NCBI GenBank assembly: GCA_017553685.1
Contig: JAFZKH010000002.1
Coordinates: forward strand, 44,141-108,140
Direction of reading: 5' to 3'
Source of the DNA: Bacilli bacterium
GTDB lineage: Bacteria; Bacillota_I; Bacilli_A; RF39; UBA660
Length of the DNA stretch: 64,000 nt
The translations under genes were made by a program, and so were the position numbers. The notes under the pieces are model-generated. The model was given only the letters and a program-made list of their open reading frames with translations. It did not search any database and had not been told where the DNA came from. Below are positions 7,856 through 18,077 of the stretch, one piece after another; positions within the stretch are counted from its first letter, which is position 1; each line of letters starts with the position of its first letter.

Positions 7856-9919
7856 ATGAAAAAGAAATTTTCTGAAAATAAAAATAAAATTATTGATAGT
7901 ATTAAGAATTTTAGTTTTAAGAAATTATTACATCAGATATTACACTTTATTAAATATAATAGAGTTTTTTTATCGTATGTAATACTTTCTTTAATTAGTT
8001 GTAAATTACTAAGATTATTTACTATAGAAGATGGTATTAATATTAAAGCATTTTTATTTGATTTATCAATTATATTATTACTTGGTAGTTTAGGTTATTT
8101 CTTTAAACCTAAGAATCAATTTAAATATTGGTTACTATTATTAATACTATATACATTTATAAATACAGTAAATGGTATGTATTATTTATTCTTTACATCA
8201 TTTGCATCATTCTCATTATTAGAAACATTTGCACAAACATTTACTGTTAGTGATTCTGTAGTAGCTAAATTATCTTATAAGACATTTGTATATTTATTTA
8301 TTTTAATTATTTATATAGTTCATAGAGAAATACTTAGAAAGAAAAGATATTATTTCACTGTGGAAAAAGTAGAGAAAAGAAAGAAAATATTACCTGCTGT
8401 ATTAATAACAGGTGCTGCTATATTAGTTATTAGTGTTTGTATGCTTAATAAAACAGATTTATCTAGACTTAGAAAGCAATGGAACAGAGAATACATAGTT
8501 GAACGATATGGAGTACTTGTATATCAAGGAAATGATTTAGCACAAACTATTAAAACTAAATTAGATGCTACTTTTGGTAAAGATAAAGCAGCAGAAGAAT
8601 TTATTAATTATTATAATAACAATACTAATCCAAAGAGTAATAATGAATATACTAATAAACTTGAAGGTTATAATGTAATTATTATTCACTTAGAAAGTAT
8701 GATGCAGTTTTTAGTAGGTTTAGAAATAAATGGACAAGAAGTAACACCAAACTTAAATAAGTTAACAAGAGAATCAATGTATTTTGATAATTTCTATTCA
8801 CAAGTAAGTGTAGGTACTTCATCAGATGCAGAGTTTACTTTAAATACAAGTTTATTACCAGCTCAATCAGGTACAGTAGCAGTTTCTTACTATAATAGAA
8901 ACTATGTTTCTTTAGAAAAACTATTAAATGAAAAAGGATATTATACATTCTCTATGCATGGTAATAAAGCTAGTATGTGGAATAGAGCTAACTTACATGA
9001 TTCACTTGGTTATGAAAGATTCTATAGTCAAGATGATTATGAAATAGATGAAGTAATAGGACTTGGTTTATCTGATAAATCATTTTTTAGACAATCTGAA
9101 GTTAAACTAGGAGAAATCAAAGAAATGGTTGATTCATCAGATAAATATAATAACTATATGGGTACTATACTTATGCTTTCTAATCATACACCATTTGAAG
9201 ATCCATATTATCTTGAAGGAGAAGATACCTTTGATGTTAGATATCATACAGGACAATATGATGAAGAAGGTAATGAAATCATTTATGATTATTTATTAGA
9301 TGAAAATGTAAAAACTATTGGTAGATATATAAGAAGTGTTCACTATGCTGATGAAGCACTAGGAGAATTCATGGAATATGTTAATACCCATGATGAATTT
9401 AATAAGACAGTATTTGTTATGTATGGAGATCATGCAGCACAAATAGGTAAATCAGAGTTTGCAGCATATAATAACTTTGATCCAGAAACAGGAGAGTTCT
9501 TAGATAAAACTAGTGAAAACTATAATAACTATGATTATTATTCAAATGAAGTATTTAAGAAAGTTCCATTCTTAATATATACTAAAGATGGATCTATTAA
9601 ACCAAATACATATTCTTATCCTATGGGTATGATAGATGTATTCCCAACTATTGGAAATATGCTTGGTATTTATAATCAATATGCTTTAGGAAAAGATATC
9701 TTTGAAATAAAAGATGATAATACAGTAGTGTTCCCTAATGGAAACTTCTTAACAAAAGATGTATATTATTATGCAACATCAGATAATTATAAGATATTAG
9801 ATCCTGATGCACAATTAAGTTCTGATTATGTAGAAGAACATAAATTATACTCAGAAGGTATTATTAAAGAATCAAATGATTTAATACTTTATAACTTAAT
9901 AGAATATACAAAGGAATAA
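7856..9919 (+). CDS. LTA-synthase-family (LtaS-like) sulfatase / phosphoglycerol transferase, polytopic N-terminus plus extracellular catalytic domain
   Basis: Five N-terminal TM helices, then a sulfatase domain (NVIIIHLESM...TPNLNKL...FYSQVSVGTSSDAEF). Confidence 0.75.
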   Translation: MKKKFSENKNKIIDSIKNFSFKKLLHQILHFIKYNRVFLSYVILSLISCKLLRLFTIEDGINIKAFLFDLSIILLLGSLGYFFKPKNQFKYWLLLLILYTFINTVNGMYYLFFTSFASFSLLETFAQTFTVSDSVVAKLSYKTFVYLFILIIYIVHREILRKKRYYFTVEKVEKRKKILPAVLITGAAILVISVCMLNKTDLSRLRKQWNREYIVERYGVLVYQGNDLAQTIKTKLDATFGKDKAAEEFINYYNNNTNPKSNNEYTNKLEGYNVIIIHLESMMQFLVGLEINGQEVTPNLNKLTRESMYFDNFYSQVSVGTSSDAEFTLNTSLLPAQSGTVAVSYYNRNYVSLEKLLNEKGYYTFSMHGNKASMWNRANLHDSLGYERFYSQDDYEIDEVIGLGLSDKSFFRQSEVKLGEIKEMVDSSDKYNNYMGTILMLSNHTPFEDPYYLEGEDTFDVRYHTGQYDEEGNEIIYDYLLDENVKTIGRYIRSVHYADEALGEFMEYVNTHDEFNKTVFVMYGDHAAQIGKSEFAAYNNFDPETGEFLDKTSENYNNYDYYSNEVFKKVPFLIYTKDGSIKPNTYSYPMGMIDVFPTIGNMLGIYNQYALGKDIFEIKDDNTVVFPNGNFLTKDVYYYATSDNYKILDPDAQLSSDYVEEHKLYSEGIIKESNDLILYNLIEYTKE

Positions 9920-9941
9920 ATATAATTTATTCCTTTTTTTA
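9908..9941 (+). terminator. Rho-independent terminator
   Basis: AAGGAATAAAT-ATA-ATTTATTCCTT followed by T7. Confidence 0.6.
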
Positions 9942-9953
9942 TTCCCATATGTT

Positions 9954-9981
9954 TGACTTAAAAAGCCATATAATATATAAT
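9954..9981 (+). promoter_or_regulatory. Promoter TTGACT-N16-TATAAT
   Basis: Consensus-like hexamers, suggesting a new transcription unit begins here. Confidence 0.45.
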
Positions 9982-10018
9982 TATATATATACATAATATG
10001 TCAGGAGGATGGATTAAA

Positions 10019-10807
10019 ATGAAAAAAATTACAGTAATAATTGCTACTCATAAAGAGTATCAAATGCCAAAGGATAATTTGTATTTACCTGTTCAAGTAG
10101 GTGCTGAAGGAAAGAAAGATTTAGGTTACACAAGAGACAATACAGGAGATAATATATCTACAAAGAATCCTTTTTTTTGTGAACTAACTGGTTTATATTG
10201 GGCTTGGAAAAATTTAGATTATGATTATTTAGGACTTGCTCATTATAGAAGACATTTTGGTTTAAAGAAAAAGAAATATAAGAAAATAGAAGATACATTA
10301 GATCATGTATTAACTAGAAAAGAAGCAAAAGAATTATTAAAAGATTGTGATGTAATACTTCCAAAGAAAAGAAAGTATTATATTGAAAACTTATATCATC
10401 ATTATAAAAGTACTATGCATGTAGAAACTTTAGATGAAACAAGAAAGATTTTAGAAGAAAAATATCCAGAGTATTTACCTGAATTTGATAAACTTCATAA
10501 GAGAACTTCAATGCATGCATTTAATATGTTTATTATGAAGAAAGAAATATTAGATGGATATTGTACTTGGTTATTTGATAATTTATTTGAATTAGAGAAA
10601 AGAATAGATACTTCTAAGTATGATGCATTCCATGCTAGATTCTATGGAAGAATCTCAGAAAGACTTCTTGATGTATATTTAAATACAAATGGTATAAAAT
10701 ATAAAGAAATACCATTTATAGAAATAGAACATATAAATTGGATAAAGAAAGGATTTAGTTTCTTATTAGCTAAATTTTTTGGTAAGAAATATGGGAAAAG
10801 CTTCTAA
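10019..10807 (+). CDS. DUF4422-family glycosyltransferase
   Basis: IATHKEY...ELTGLYWAWKN...GLAHYRR motifs. The ATG at 10019 is preferred because the AGGAGG SD lies inside the listed 9998 start. Confidence 0.7.
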   Translation: MKKITVIIATHKEYQMPKDNLYLPVQVGAEGKKDLGYTRDNTGDNISTKNPFFCELTGLYWAWKNLDYDYLGLAHYRRHFGLKKKKYKKIEDTLDHVLTRKEAKELLKDCDVILPKKRKYYIENLYHHYKSTMHVETLDETRKILEEKYPEYLPEFDKLHKRTSMHAFNMFIMKKEILDGYCTWLFDNLFELEKRIDTSKYDAFHARFYGRISERLLDVYLNTNGIKYKEIPFIEIEHINWIKKGFSFLLAKFFGKKYGKSF

Positions 10808-11792
10808 AAAAAGCCCACTAATCTCCATAATAATACCTGTTTACAAAGTAGAAGAATTTTTAGATAGATGTGTTAAGAGTGTTACTAAACAAACATACAA
10901 ACATCTAGAAATAATACTCGTGGACGATGGATCTCCTGATAATTGTCCAAAGATGTGTGATGATTGGGCTAAGAAAGATAAAAGAATAAGAGTAATTCAC
11001 AAAAAGAATGGTGGATTATCTGATGCTAGAAATGCTGGTATTAGAGTAGCTAAAGGTGACTATATTGGTTTTATTGACTCAGATGACTGGATTGATAAAA
11101 AAATGTATGAAGTATTATATAAGAATATAGTTAAATATGATGCTGATATATCTTGTTGTGAATTATATAAGGGTTCTAGTAATCCTACTGAAAAAGAATT
11201 AAAAGAATACGATAATAAAGTTAAAACATATAATCAAGAAGAATATATGAAAATATTTTTTAAGATTGGAACTCAACAATGTGTGTATTATGCAGTTACT
11301 AAACTATATAGAAGAGAATTGTTAGAGGATAACTTATATCCTGTAGGATTAACTTCTGAGGATGTTGTTGGAACATGCAAAGTACTTTTTAAATGTAATA
11401 AAATAGTATCTGTTAATTATCCATATTACATTTACTATAAGAATGACAAGAGTATTACAGGTAGTAAGTTTTCAAATAATGACTTTCATTTATTAGAAAT
11501 ATGGGATAAAGTAGTAGATCTATGTAAAGATACTGAGTATGAGGATATGGCTACATTAAATAGAGAAAGAATAGATTATACTTTATTAATGAGAATGGCT
11601 GTTCAGTTATCTAATAAAGAAATAAATGAAAAATATGGTGATTATAAAAAAGAATTACTTGAAAGACTTAAAAAGAACAAGAAAAGATTATTAAAGTCAC
11701 CAATACCAACATCTAGAAAGATAACTCTTAGATTATTACTTTTAAATTATAGATTATTTGTTAGTACATGCAAATTATATTTAAAGAGGTAA
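10791..11792 (+). CDS. Family 2 glycosyltransferase
   Basis: ISIIIPVYKVEEFL...VDDGSPD...DSDDW, the GT2 DxD signature. Confidence 0.8.
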   Translation: MGKASKKSPLISIIIPVYKVEEFLDRCVKSVTKQTYKHLEIILVDDGSPDNCPKMCDDWAKKDKRIRVIHKKNGGLSDARNAGIRVAKGDYIGFIDSDDWIDKKMYEVLYKNIVKYDADISCCELYKGSSNPTEKELKEYDNKVKTYNQEEYMKIFFKIGTQQCVYYAVTKLYRRELLEDNLYPVGLTSEDVVGTCKVLFKCNKIVSVNYPYYIYYKNDKSITGSKFSNNDFHLLEIWDKVVDLCKDTEYEDMATLNRERIDYTLLMRMAVQLSNKEINEKYGDYKKELLERLKKNKKRLLKSPIPTSRKITLRLLLLNYRLFVSTCKLYLKR

Positions 11793-11796
11793 GCAT

Positions 11797-12984
11797 ATGA
11801 AGAATAAAAAGAATTTGATATGGATTATTTTATTTACTTTTATGCTAATGGTTTACTTTGAACCACAAATGTTTAAAGAAAATGCTTTTGATGGAGTAGA
11901 AACAGTAGATTTTGTATATAAAGTTCTAAAACTATTATCGTTTGGATTTGTATCTGTTCTATATCTAAAAGAAAATAAATTTAGAATATCTAATTTGTTA
12001 TTAGCAATTGGTGTTTTACAAGCAATTATGCTTTTATCAACAATTCTATATAAGGGTGATATATCTAGATTTGCTGGTCCTGCAATTACTACTGTAACAA
12101 TGTGTATGATTGCAGAACTATTAATAAAAAAGAAATTGTTATTTCAAGTTTTAGAAATAGTTAATTACTATTTCTTAATTTGCTTTATTTTGAATGTTAT
12201 ATCAATTTATCTAATTGATTATACTTTCTTTTGTTCATACACAAAAGTATATTTTTTAGGTATAGATAATAGATTTATATTTACATTTATTCCATGGATT
12301 TTATTTGAAGGGTTAGTTAGTTTATACAAAAAAGATACTATCGGAATAAGATGGAGAATAGTATTTTGTTTATGTGAATTAACATTAATATATACTTTCT
12401 CAGCAAGTGCAATGTTAGTATTATTTATATATGCACTTATGATGTTTAATTATAATTTTAAGATAAGACTTGATAAATTAATATTTGCAGGTTATCTAGG
12501 AGCTAATATAGCAATAGTAATATTTAAGATTCAAAAGATCTTTAAACCACTTATTGTTTTAATTGGAAAAGATATAACTTTTGCTGGTAGAACTTATTTA
12601 TGGGATGGAATAATAAAACAATTTCCAAAATATCCTTTAATCGGAAGAGGAATGCAATCTGTTAAATATGATAAAACATTTTTCTTTAATACATCTGGTG
12701 CATATCATTTAGAGTGTTGTAGAGTTATACATGCTCATAATTCACTTATGACTTTATTATATAGAGGTGGATTATTATCAGTATTTATTTATCTTGGAAT
12801 TATATATGCTTCACTAAAAAGTATATATGATAATTATTTAAACAAGTACGCAAAAATATTATTAGTATCATTATTAGCAATTCTAGCAACATCTATATTT
12901 GACACAATGGATTTTGCAGGATTATATTTTATAATTGCTTTAATAATTAATATAAGCCTTATAGAAGTAAAAAAAAACACATAA
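11797..12984 (+). CDS. Wzy-type polymerase / O-antigen-ligase-domain membrane protein
   Basis: About 10 TM helices and the HAHNSLMTLLYRGGLLS motif of the Wzy_C / O-antigen ligase domain. Confidence 0.7.
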   Translation: MKNKKNLIWIILFTFMLMVYFEPQMFKENAFDGVETVDFVYKVLKLLSFGFVSVLYLKENKFRISNLLLAIGVLQAIMLLSTILYKGDISRFAGPAITTVTMCMIAELLIKKKLLFQVLEIVNYYFLICFILNVISIYLIDYTFFCSYTKVYFLGIDNRFIFTFIPWILFEGLVSLYKKDTIGIRWRIVFCLCELTLIYTFSASAMLVLFIYALMMFNYNFKIRLDKLIFAGYLGANIAIVIFKIQKIFKPLIVLIGKDITFAGRTYLWDGIIKQFPKYPLIGRGMQSVKYDKTFFFNTSGAYHLECCRVIHAHNSLMTLLYRGGLLSVFIYLGIIYASLKSIYDNYLNKYAKILLVSLLAILATSIFDTMDFAGLYFIIALIINISLIEVKKNT

Positions 12985-13004
12985 TTAAATGGAGGTGAGA
13001 GAAA

Positions 13005-14189
13005 ATGATAAAAACATTAAAATATATCGTTAGAAGTATTGAAATTTACTTTAGATATTTTTTAAGTATTATTTTTAGAATTTTCCCTATTAATCCAAAA
13101 AAAATAGTTGTTTGTTCATACTTTGGAAATGATTATGGTGATGGAGCAAAATATATTATTGATGAATTATTAGATGATGATAAATATACAATAGTATGGG
13201 CATTAAAAAAGAATTTAATGAAAAATAATCATTTACCTAAGAATGTAAAACCTGTGAAGTATAATTCTTTAGCAATGCTTTTTGAATTATCTACTGCTAA
13301 AATCTGGATAGATAATGCAAGAAAAGTTATATTTCCATTAAAAAGGAAAAATCAGTTTTATTTTCAAATATGGCATGGGCCAATATCATTTAAAACAATT
13401 GAGTTAGATACACAGGAAACTTTAACAAAAATATATATTAAAAAATTATTAATTGACAATAAAAATATAGATTATATGGTATCAGGTTCTAAATGGACAA
13501 ATGAAAAATGTAGAAGTGCATTTGGATATACAGGTAAAATAATGGAATGTGGAAATCCAAGAAATGATATTTTATTTCAATCTGATTCATATAAAGAAAT
13601 TAATAAAAAAGTGCATTCTTTTTTTAACATTCCTGACAACAAGAAGATTATTCTATATGCCCCAACATTTAGAAATAGTAGAGAGATTGATATTTATCAA
13701 TGGGATTACAACTTGATTATGAACAATTTTTGTAAAAAGTTTAAAGAAGACTATGTTTTCTTAGTTAGACTTCATCCAAATATTGTTGATCAAGCTGAAA
13801 AAATGAATAATTATGGTGGAAACATTTTAAATGCAACCATTTATCCTGATATGCAAGAGTTATTAATTGCTTCTGATATATTAATCACTGATTATTCTTC
13901 TTCAATGTTTGATTTTGGAATGATTAATAAGAAATGCTTTTTATATGCTCCTGATGTTGATGATTATTTAAAAGAAAGACATTTTTATTTTGATATAAGA
14001 AAACTACCTTTTTCTTTATCTCAAAATATTGATGACTTTGTTAAGAATATTTCTTCATTTGATAGCAAAGATTATCAAAAAAAATTGGATACATTTTATA
14101 AGAAGATTGGAATCTTTGAAACAGGACATTCATCTGAAAGTATAGCAAATAGAATTAAGGAGATTTGTGATAAAAATGAAAAAAAATAA
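13005..14189 (+). CDS. CDP-glycerol glycerophosphotransferase (TagF/TagB family)
   Basis: ILYAPTFR...VRLHPN...ITDYSS, the Glyphos_transf (PF04464) signature. Confidence 0.85.
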   Translation: MIKTLKYIVRSIEIYFRYFLSIIFRIFPINPKKIVVCSYFGNDYGDGAKYIIDELLDDDKYTIVWALKKNLMKNNHLPKNVKPVKYNSLAMLFELSTAKIWIDNARKVIFPLKRKNQFYFQIWHGPISFKTIELDTQETLTKIYIKKLLIDNKNIDYMVSGSKWTNEKCRSAFGYTGKIMECGNPRNDILFQSDSYKEINKKVHSFFNIPDNKKIILYAPTFRNSREIDIYQWDYNLIMNNFCKKFKEDYVFLVRLHPNIVDQAEKMNNYGGNILNATIYPDMQELLIASDILITDYSSSMFDFGMINKKCFLYAPDVDDYLKERHFYFDIRKLPFSLSQNIDDFVKNISSFDSKDYQKKLDTFYKKIGIFETGHSSESIANRIKEICDKNEKK

Positions 14190-15405
14190 ATTATTACAAA
14201 ACACAATTTTTTTATACATTTTGACATTTAGTTCTTATTTTTTTAATTTTATATCTGTTCCATATTTAACTAGAGTATTAGGGCCATCTCTATTTGGTAA
14301 AGTTGGTTTAGCAATAGCTATTTCAACATATTTTAAATTATTATTTGATTTTGGCTTTATATTATCCGCTACAGAAGAGGTATCAAATAATCGTGAAGAT
14401 AAAAAAAGAATTTCAAAAATACTTACATCTGTTAATATTTTAAAAATATTATTAATAGTAGTAGGTTTAATAGTTTTTGTTTTAATGATAGTTTTCTTTC
14501 CATCATTAAGAAAGTATAAGTTATTATATTTCCTATATTTTGTATATGTAGCTATAGATTGCTTCCAACCAGATTTTGTATATCGTGGTATAGAAGAAAT
14601 GAAAATAATTACAATAAGAAATGTTTGTATAAAAGCATTTTTTACTGCATTAATATTCATTCTATTAAAAGATAAAAGTCAATATATGTTAATTCCTGTA
14701 TTTAATATATGTGGTTCATTCTTTTCTTTAATTGCAGTTTATATACATGTTATAAAAAAATTGAAAATCAATTTTATAAAAGTTACAAAAGAAGAGGTAA
14801 AAGAAAGATTTAATAGTAGTAAAATATTCTTTTTATCAAGAATAGCTACAACAATATATGGAGCTACTAATACATTTATTCTAGGTATTATATATCCTAC
14901 AGGTAATACACTTGGTTATTATACATCATCTGATAAAATACTTCAGGCAGGAAGATCAATGATGTCTCCAATATCAGATAGTGTATATCCATATATGGTT
15001 AAGAATAAAGATTTTAAATTAATTAAAAAAATATTGATTACATTAATGCCAATTATAACTGTATTTGGTGTTGTAGGATTTATATTTGCTAAGAAAATAT
15101 GTATTATAGCATTTGGTTCTGAATATGCTGGATCTGCTATTGTATTAAGATATATGATTCCACTTATTTGGATGACATTACCAAGTTATATTTTAGGTTT
15201 TCCAACAATGACTCCGTTAGGATTAAAGAAAGAAGCAAATAATTCAGTTATTATTGGATCAATATATCAAATTGTTGGTATAGGAATTCTATATTTATTA
15301 AGAGTATTAAATCTACATAGTATTTGTATTTTAACAATTACTACAGAACTACTAATACTATTATTAAGAATATTCTATATTGTAAAGAATAGAAATAAGA
15401 AATAG
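14176..15405 (+). CDS. Wzx-type oligosaccharide flippase (polysaccharide biosynthesis protein family)
   Basis: Twelve predicted TM helices, and an N-terminus (NTIFLYILTFSSYFFNFISVPYLTRVLG) typical of Wzx. An alternative GTG start lies at 14167. Confidence 0.75.
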   Translation: MKKNKLLQNTIFLYILTFSSYFFNFISVPYLTRVLGPSLFGKVGLAIAISTYFKLLFDFGFILSATEEVSNNREDKKRISKILTSVNILKILLIVVGLIVFVLMIVFFPSLRKYKLLYFLYFVYVAIDCFQPDFVYRGIEEMKIITIRNVCIKAFFTALIFILLKDKSQYMLIPVFNICGSFFSLIAVYIHVIKKLKINFIKVTKEEVKERFNSSKIFFLSRIATTIYGATNTFILGIIYPTGNTLGYYTSSDKILQAGRSMMSPISDSVYPYMVKNKDFKLIKKILITLMPIITVFGVVGFIFAKKICIIAFGSEYAGSAIVLRYMIPLIWMTLPSYILGFPTMTPLGLKKEANNSVIIGSIYQIVGIGILYLLRVLNLHSICILTITTELLILLLRIFYIVKNRNKK

Positions 15406-15419
15406 TGCAGGGAGGTTTT

Positions 15420-15824
15420 ATGAAGAAAATATTAACATATGGTACATTTGATTTATTGCATATAGGTCATATTGAAATATTGAGAAGAGCAAAAGAACTA
15501 GGAGATTATTTAGTTGTAGCTGTTTCTACAGATGAGTTTAATGCAATAAAAGGTAAAAAAGCATATTATAGTTATGAAGATAGAAAGAAAATTCTTGAAG
15601 CTATTAAATATGTTGATTTAGTTATTCCTGAGGAAAAATGGGAACAAAAAAGAGATGACGTTATTAAATATGGAATCGATACAGTAGTTATGGGTTCAGA
15701 TTGGGAAGGCAATGAAAACTTTGAATGTTTAAGAGATATTTGTAATGTTGTTTATTTACCACGTACTGAGGGTATTTCTACAACAATGATTAAGAATGAT
15801 TTAGGTGATAAAAAACTAAAATAA
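15420..15824 (+). CDS. tagD: Glycerol-3-phosphate cytidylyltransferase
   Basis: YGTFDLLHIGHIEILRRAKELGDYLVVAVSTDEFN is near-identical to the TagD/Gct family. Confidence 0.9.
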   Translation: MKKILTYGTFDLLHIGHIEILRRAKELGDYLVVAVSTDEFNAIKGKKAYYSYEDRKKILEAIKYVDLVIPEEKWEQKRDDVIKYGIDTVVMGSDWEGNENFECLRDICNVVYLPRTEGISTTMIKNDLGDKKLK

Positions 15825-15836
15825 AGGTATTAATAA

Positions 15837-16850
15837 ATGAAAAGTAAAGAAAGAATAGAATATTTGGATATTGCAAAAGGTATAGCAATTTTACTAATAA
15901 TTATGGGACATATGAGTCTTAAACATGTGAATTCAGTTGTATTTACATTTCATGTACCAATATTCTTTATTATTAGTGGATACTTTTTTACTAAAAAATA
16001 CAATTATAAAGAGTTATTGAGTAAATTATTTAAGACATTAATTGTTCCTTATTTGGTAACTTGCTTACTAATAATAATATTTATGTTTTGTAGAAAAATG
16101 ATATCGGGGGGGGTCAATAGTTTATTATTCTCCCAAATATATAATCAAATATTAGCTTCATTATATGGTAGTGGTCTTACAAGTTATTATTTCCACATAT
16201 GGCCTATAGGAGCCATTTGGTTTTTATTATCATTATTTTGGTCAAAAATAATATTCAATTTTTTAATAGATAAAAAATATAAATACATATATATAATTTT
16301 AATATTTATTCTTGGTATTATTAGTAAAAAAATAATTTGGTTACCATTTAGTATCCAACCAGGAATGACATGCTTATTATTTTTATATATTGGTTATTTA
16401 GCTAGAAGATTAGATTTATTTAGAATATTTAAGATATGGCATTTATTAGTATTCTTTCTTACAACAGTATTGGTTATATTAGTTAATTTCAAGCTGTATA
16501 GATGGGGATGTATGAGTTTAGTATCAAATAGTTTTACTAATATTCCACTTAATATATTAGGTGCTATATCAGGAAGTTTCTTTACAATAACTATTTCAAA
16601 ATATTTATCTAAATCAAAAATAATATTAAAAGTATTATCTTTCTTTGGAAAACATTCATTAATTGTATTATGTTTTCATTTATTAGAAATGAAAACTATT
16701 CCTTTTTTAGATTTAGCAGGATTAATTACAAGTAATTATTATTTAAAATATTCTATTTTATTTTTAATAAAAATTATATGGGCTTCGCTATGTATTCTTG
16801 TAGTAAAGAAAATACCTATATTTAGAAGATTATTTTCTTTAAAATCATAG
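15837..16850 (+). CDS. Membrane O-acyltransferase (acyltransferase 3 family)
   Basis: N-terminus IEYLDIAKGIAILLIIMGHM and 10 TM helices. Contains the G8 tract listed below. Confidence 0.8.
   Translation: MKSKERIEYLDIAKGIAILLIIMGHMSLKHVNSVVFTFHVPIFFIISGYFFTKKYNYKELLSKLFKTLIVPYLVTCLLIIIFMFCRKMISGGVNSLLFSQIYNQILASLYGSGLTSYYFHIWPIGAIWFLLSLFWSKIIFNFLIDKKYKYIYIILIFILGIISKKIIWLPFSIQPGMTCLLFLYIGYLARRLDLFRIFKIWHLLVFFLTTVLVILVNFKLYRWGCMSLVSNSFTNIPLNILGAISGSFFTITISKYLSKSKIILKVLSFFGKHSLIVLCFHLLEMKTIPFLDLAGLITSNYYLKYSILFLIKIIWASLCILVVKKIPIFRRLFSLKS
16106..16113 (+). repeat. Poly-G (G8) homopolymeric tract inside the acyltransferase CDS
   Basis: The sequence reads atatcGGGGGGGGtcaat directly. No other G or C run longer than 5 occurs elsewhere in the window. 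Confidence 0.9.
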
Positions 16851-16870
16851 TAAAAGGAATATATCATTGT

Positions 16871-16899
16871 TTGACTTGTAATATTGAAAAGTATATAAT
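16871..16899 (+). promoter_or_regulatory. Strong sigma-A promoter TTGACT-N17-TATAAT
   Basis: Perfect -10 and near-perfect -35 hexamers with 17-nt spacing. Confidence 0.6.
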
Positions 16900-16958
16900 T
16901 ATTATTGCGACTATTAATAATTATAAAAGTATAAATATAAATTTTAGAGGTGAATTTA

Positions 16959-18062
16959 ATGGAAAAAGATTCAAAAAAAATTAAAATTTTAACAATTACA
17001 CCAGGATTAAATGTGTGTGGTGGAATAGAAAGTTATGTAATGAATTATTATCAAAAAATACATAATGATATTCAAATGGATTTCATTACTCATGATATTT
17101 CTGATTACACATATAAAAATATGATTGAAAAGAATGGTGATAACGTGTATGTTTTCCCTAAGATAGGATTAAATATACTTAAATCTGAAAAGATAGTTGA
17201 TCAATTCTTTAGTGAACATCATGATTATGATATTGTTCATTGTCATATGGCTAATGCTGCATTTTTATATCTTAAGTATGCTAAGAAATATGGTATTAAA
17301 GTTAGAATAATACATAGTCATCAAAATAAGTATGCTGATAAATTATCACATGCTATTAGAAATGTTCCTCTTGTTAAAGTTGGAGTAGGATATGCAAATA
17401 CTTATTTTGCTTGTTCTAAACTAGCTGGTGATTTCTTATTCAAAAGAAAAAAATATTATTTAATCAATAATGCCATAGATGCAAAAAGATTTAAATATGA
17501 TCCTAATATGAGAAATAAAATGAGAAAAGAACTAGGTATTGAAGATGATTGTTTCTTAATAGGAAATGTGGGTAGATTAGTTCCACAAAAGAATCAAATA
17601 TTCTTAGTAGATGTTTTCTCATTAGTATGTGAAAAAATAAATTCTAAATTAATCTTAATTGGTGAAGGTGATTTAGAAAAAGAAATAAAAGAACATATTA
17701 AAGAATTAGGTATTAAAGATAAAGTTATTATGCATCCACCTGTTGATAATATTGAAGATTATTATCAAGCAATGGATATGTTTGTTCTTCCATCATTATA
17801 TGAAGGGCTAGGTATTGTTAATATTGAAGCACAAGCTTGTGGACTTAAGACAATAGTATCTGATAAAGTTCCGGATATTGCTAAAATATCTGATCTATTA
17901 TCATTTGTTAAGTTAAAAGCAAGTGAACAAGAATGGGCTAATGAAATACTTAAGAATGTTAAATATGATAGAAAAGAACAAAAAACTATATTAGCTGATA
18001 GTGGTTATGATATAGATAAAGAAAGTGAAAAATTATTAGATTTATATAAAAGTTTAGTATAA
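16959..18062 (+). CDS. Family 4 (GT-B, glycos_transf_1) glycosyltransferase
   Basis: EGLGIVNIEAQACG, the GT4 E-x7-E motif region. Confidence 0.8.
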   Translation: MEKDSKKIKILTITPGLNVCGGIESYVMNYYQKIHNDIQMDFITHDISDYTYKNMIEKNGDNVYVFPKIGLNILKSEKIVDQFFSEHHDYDIVHCHMANAAFLYLKYAKKYGIKVRIIHSHQNKYADKLSHAIRNVPLVKVGVGYANTYFACSKLAGDFLFKRKKYYLINNAIDAKRFKYDPNMRNKMRKELGIEDDCFLIGNVGRLVPQKNQIFLVDVFSLVCEKINSKLILIGEGDLEKEIKEHIKELGIKDKVIMHPPVDNIEDYYQAMDMFVLPSLYEGLGIVNIEAQACGLKTIVSDKVPDIAKISDLLSFVKLKASEQEWANEILKNVKYDRKEQKTILADSGYDIDKESEKLLDLYKSLV

Positions 18063-18077
18063 AAAAGAAGGTTTGTT

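Noticed and set aside
13097-14186. A8 homopolymer tracts as phase-variation sites (13097-13104, 14179-14186, 16973-16980, 29995-30002)
   Set aside because: At about 36% A, runs of eight A are expected roughly 20 times per 64 kb by chance. Unlike the G8 tract, they are not statistically remarkable.
14235-14660. Minus-strand 141-aa ORF inside the Wzx flippase gene
   Set aside because: Antisense to a 12-TM flippase with strong family features. Composition-driven.
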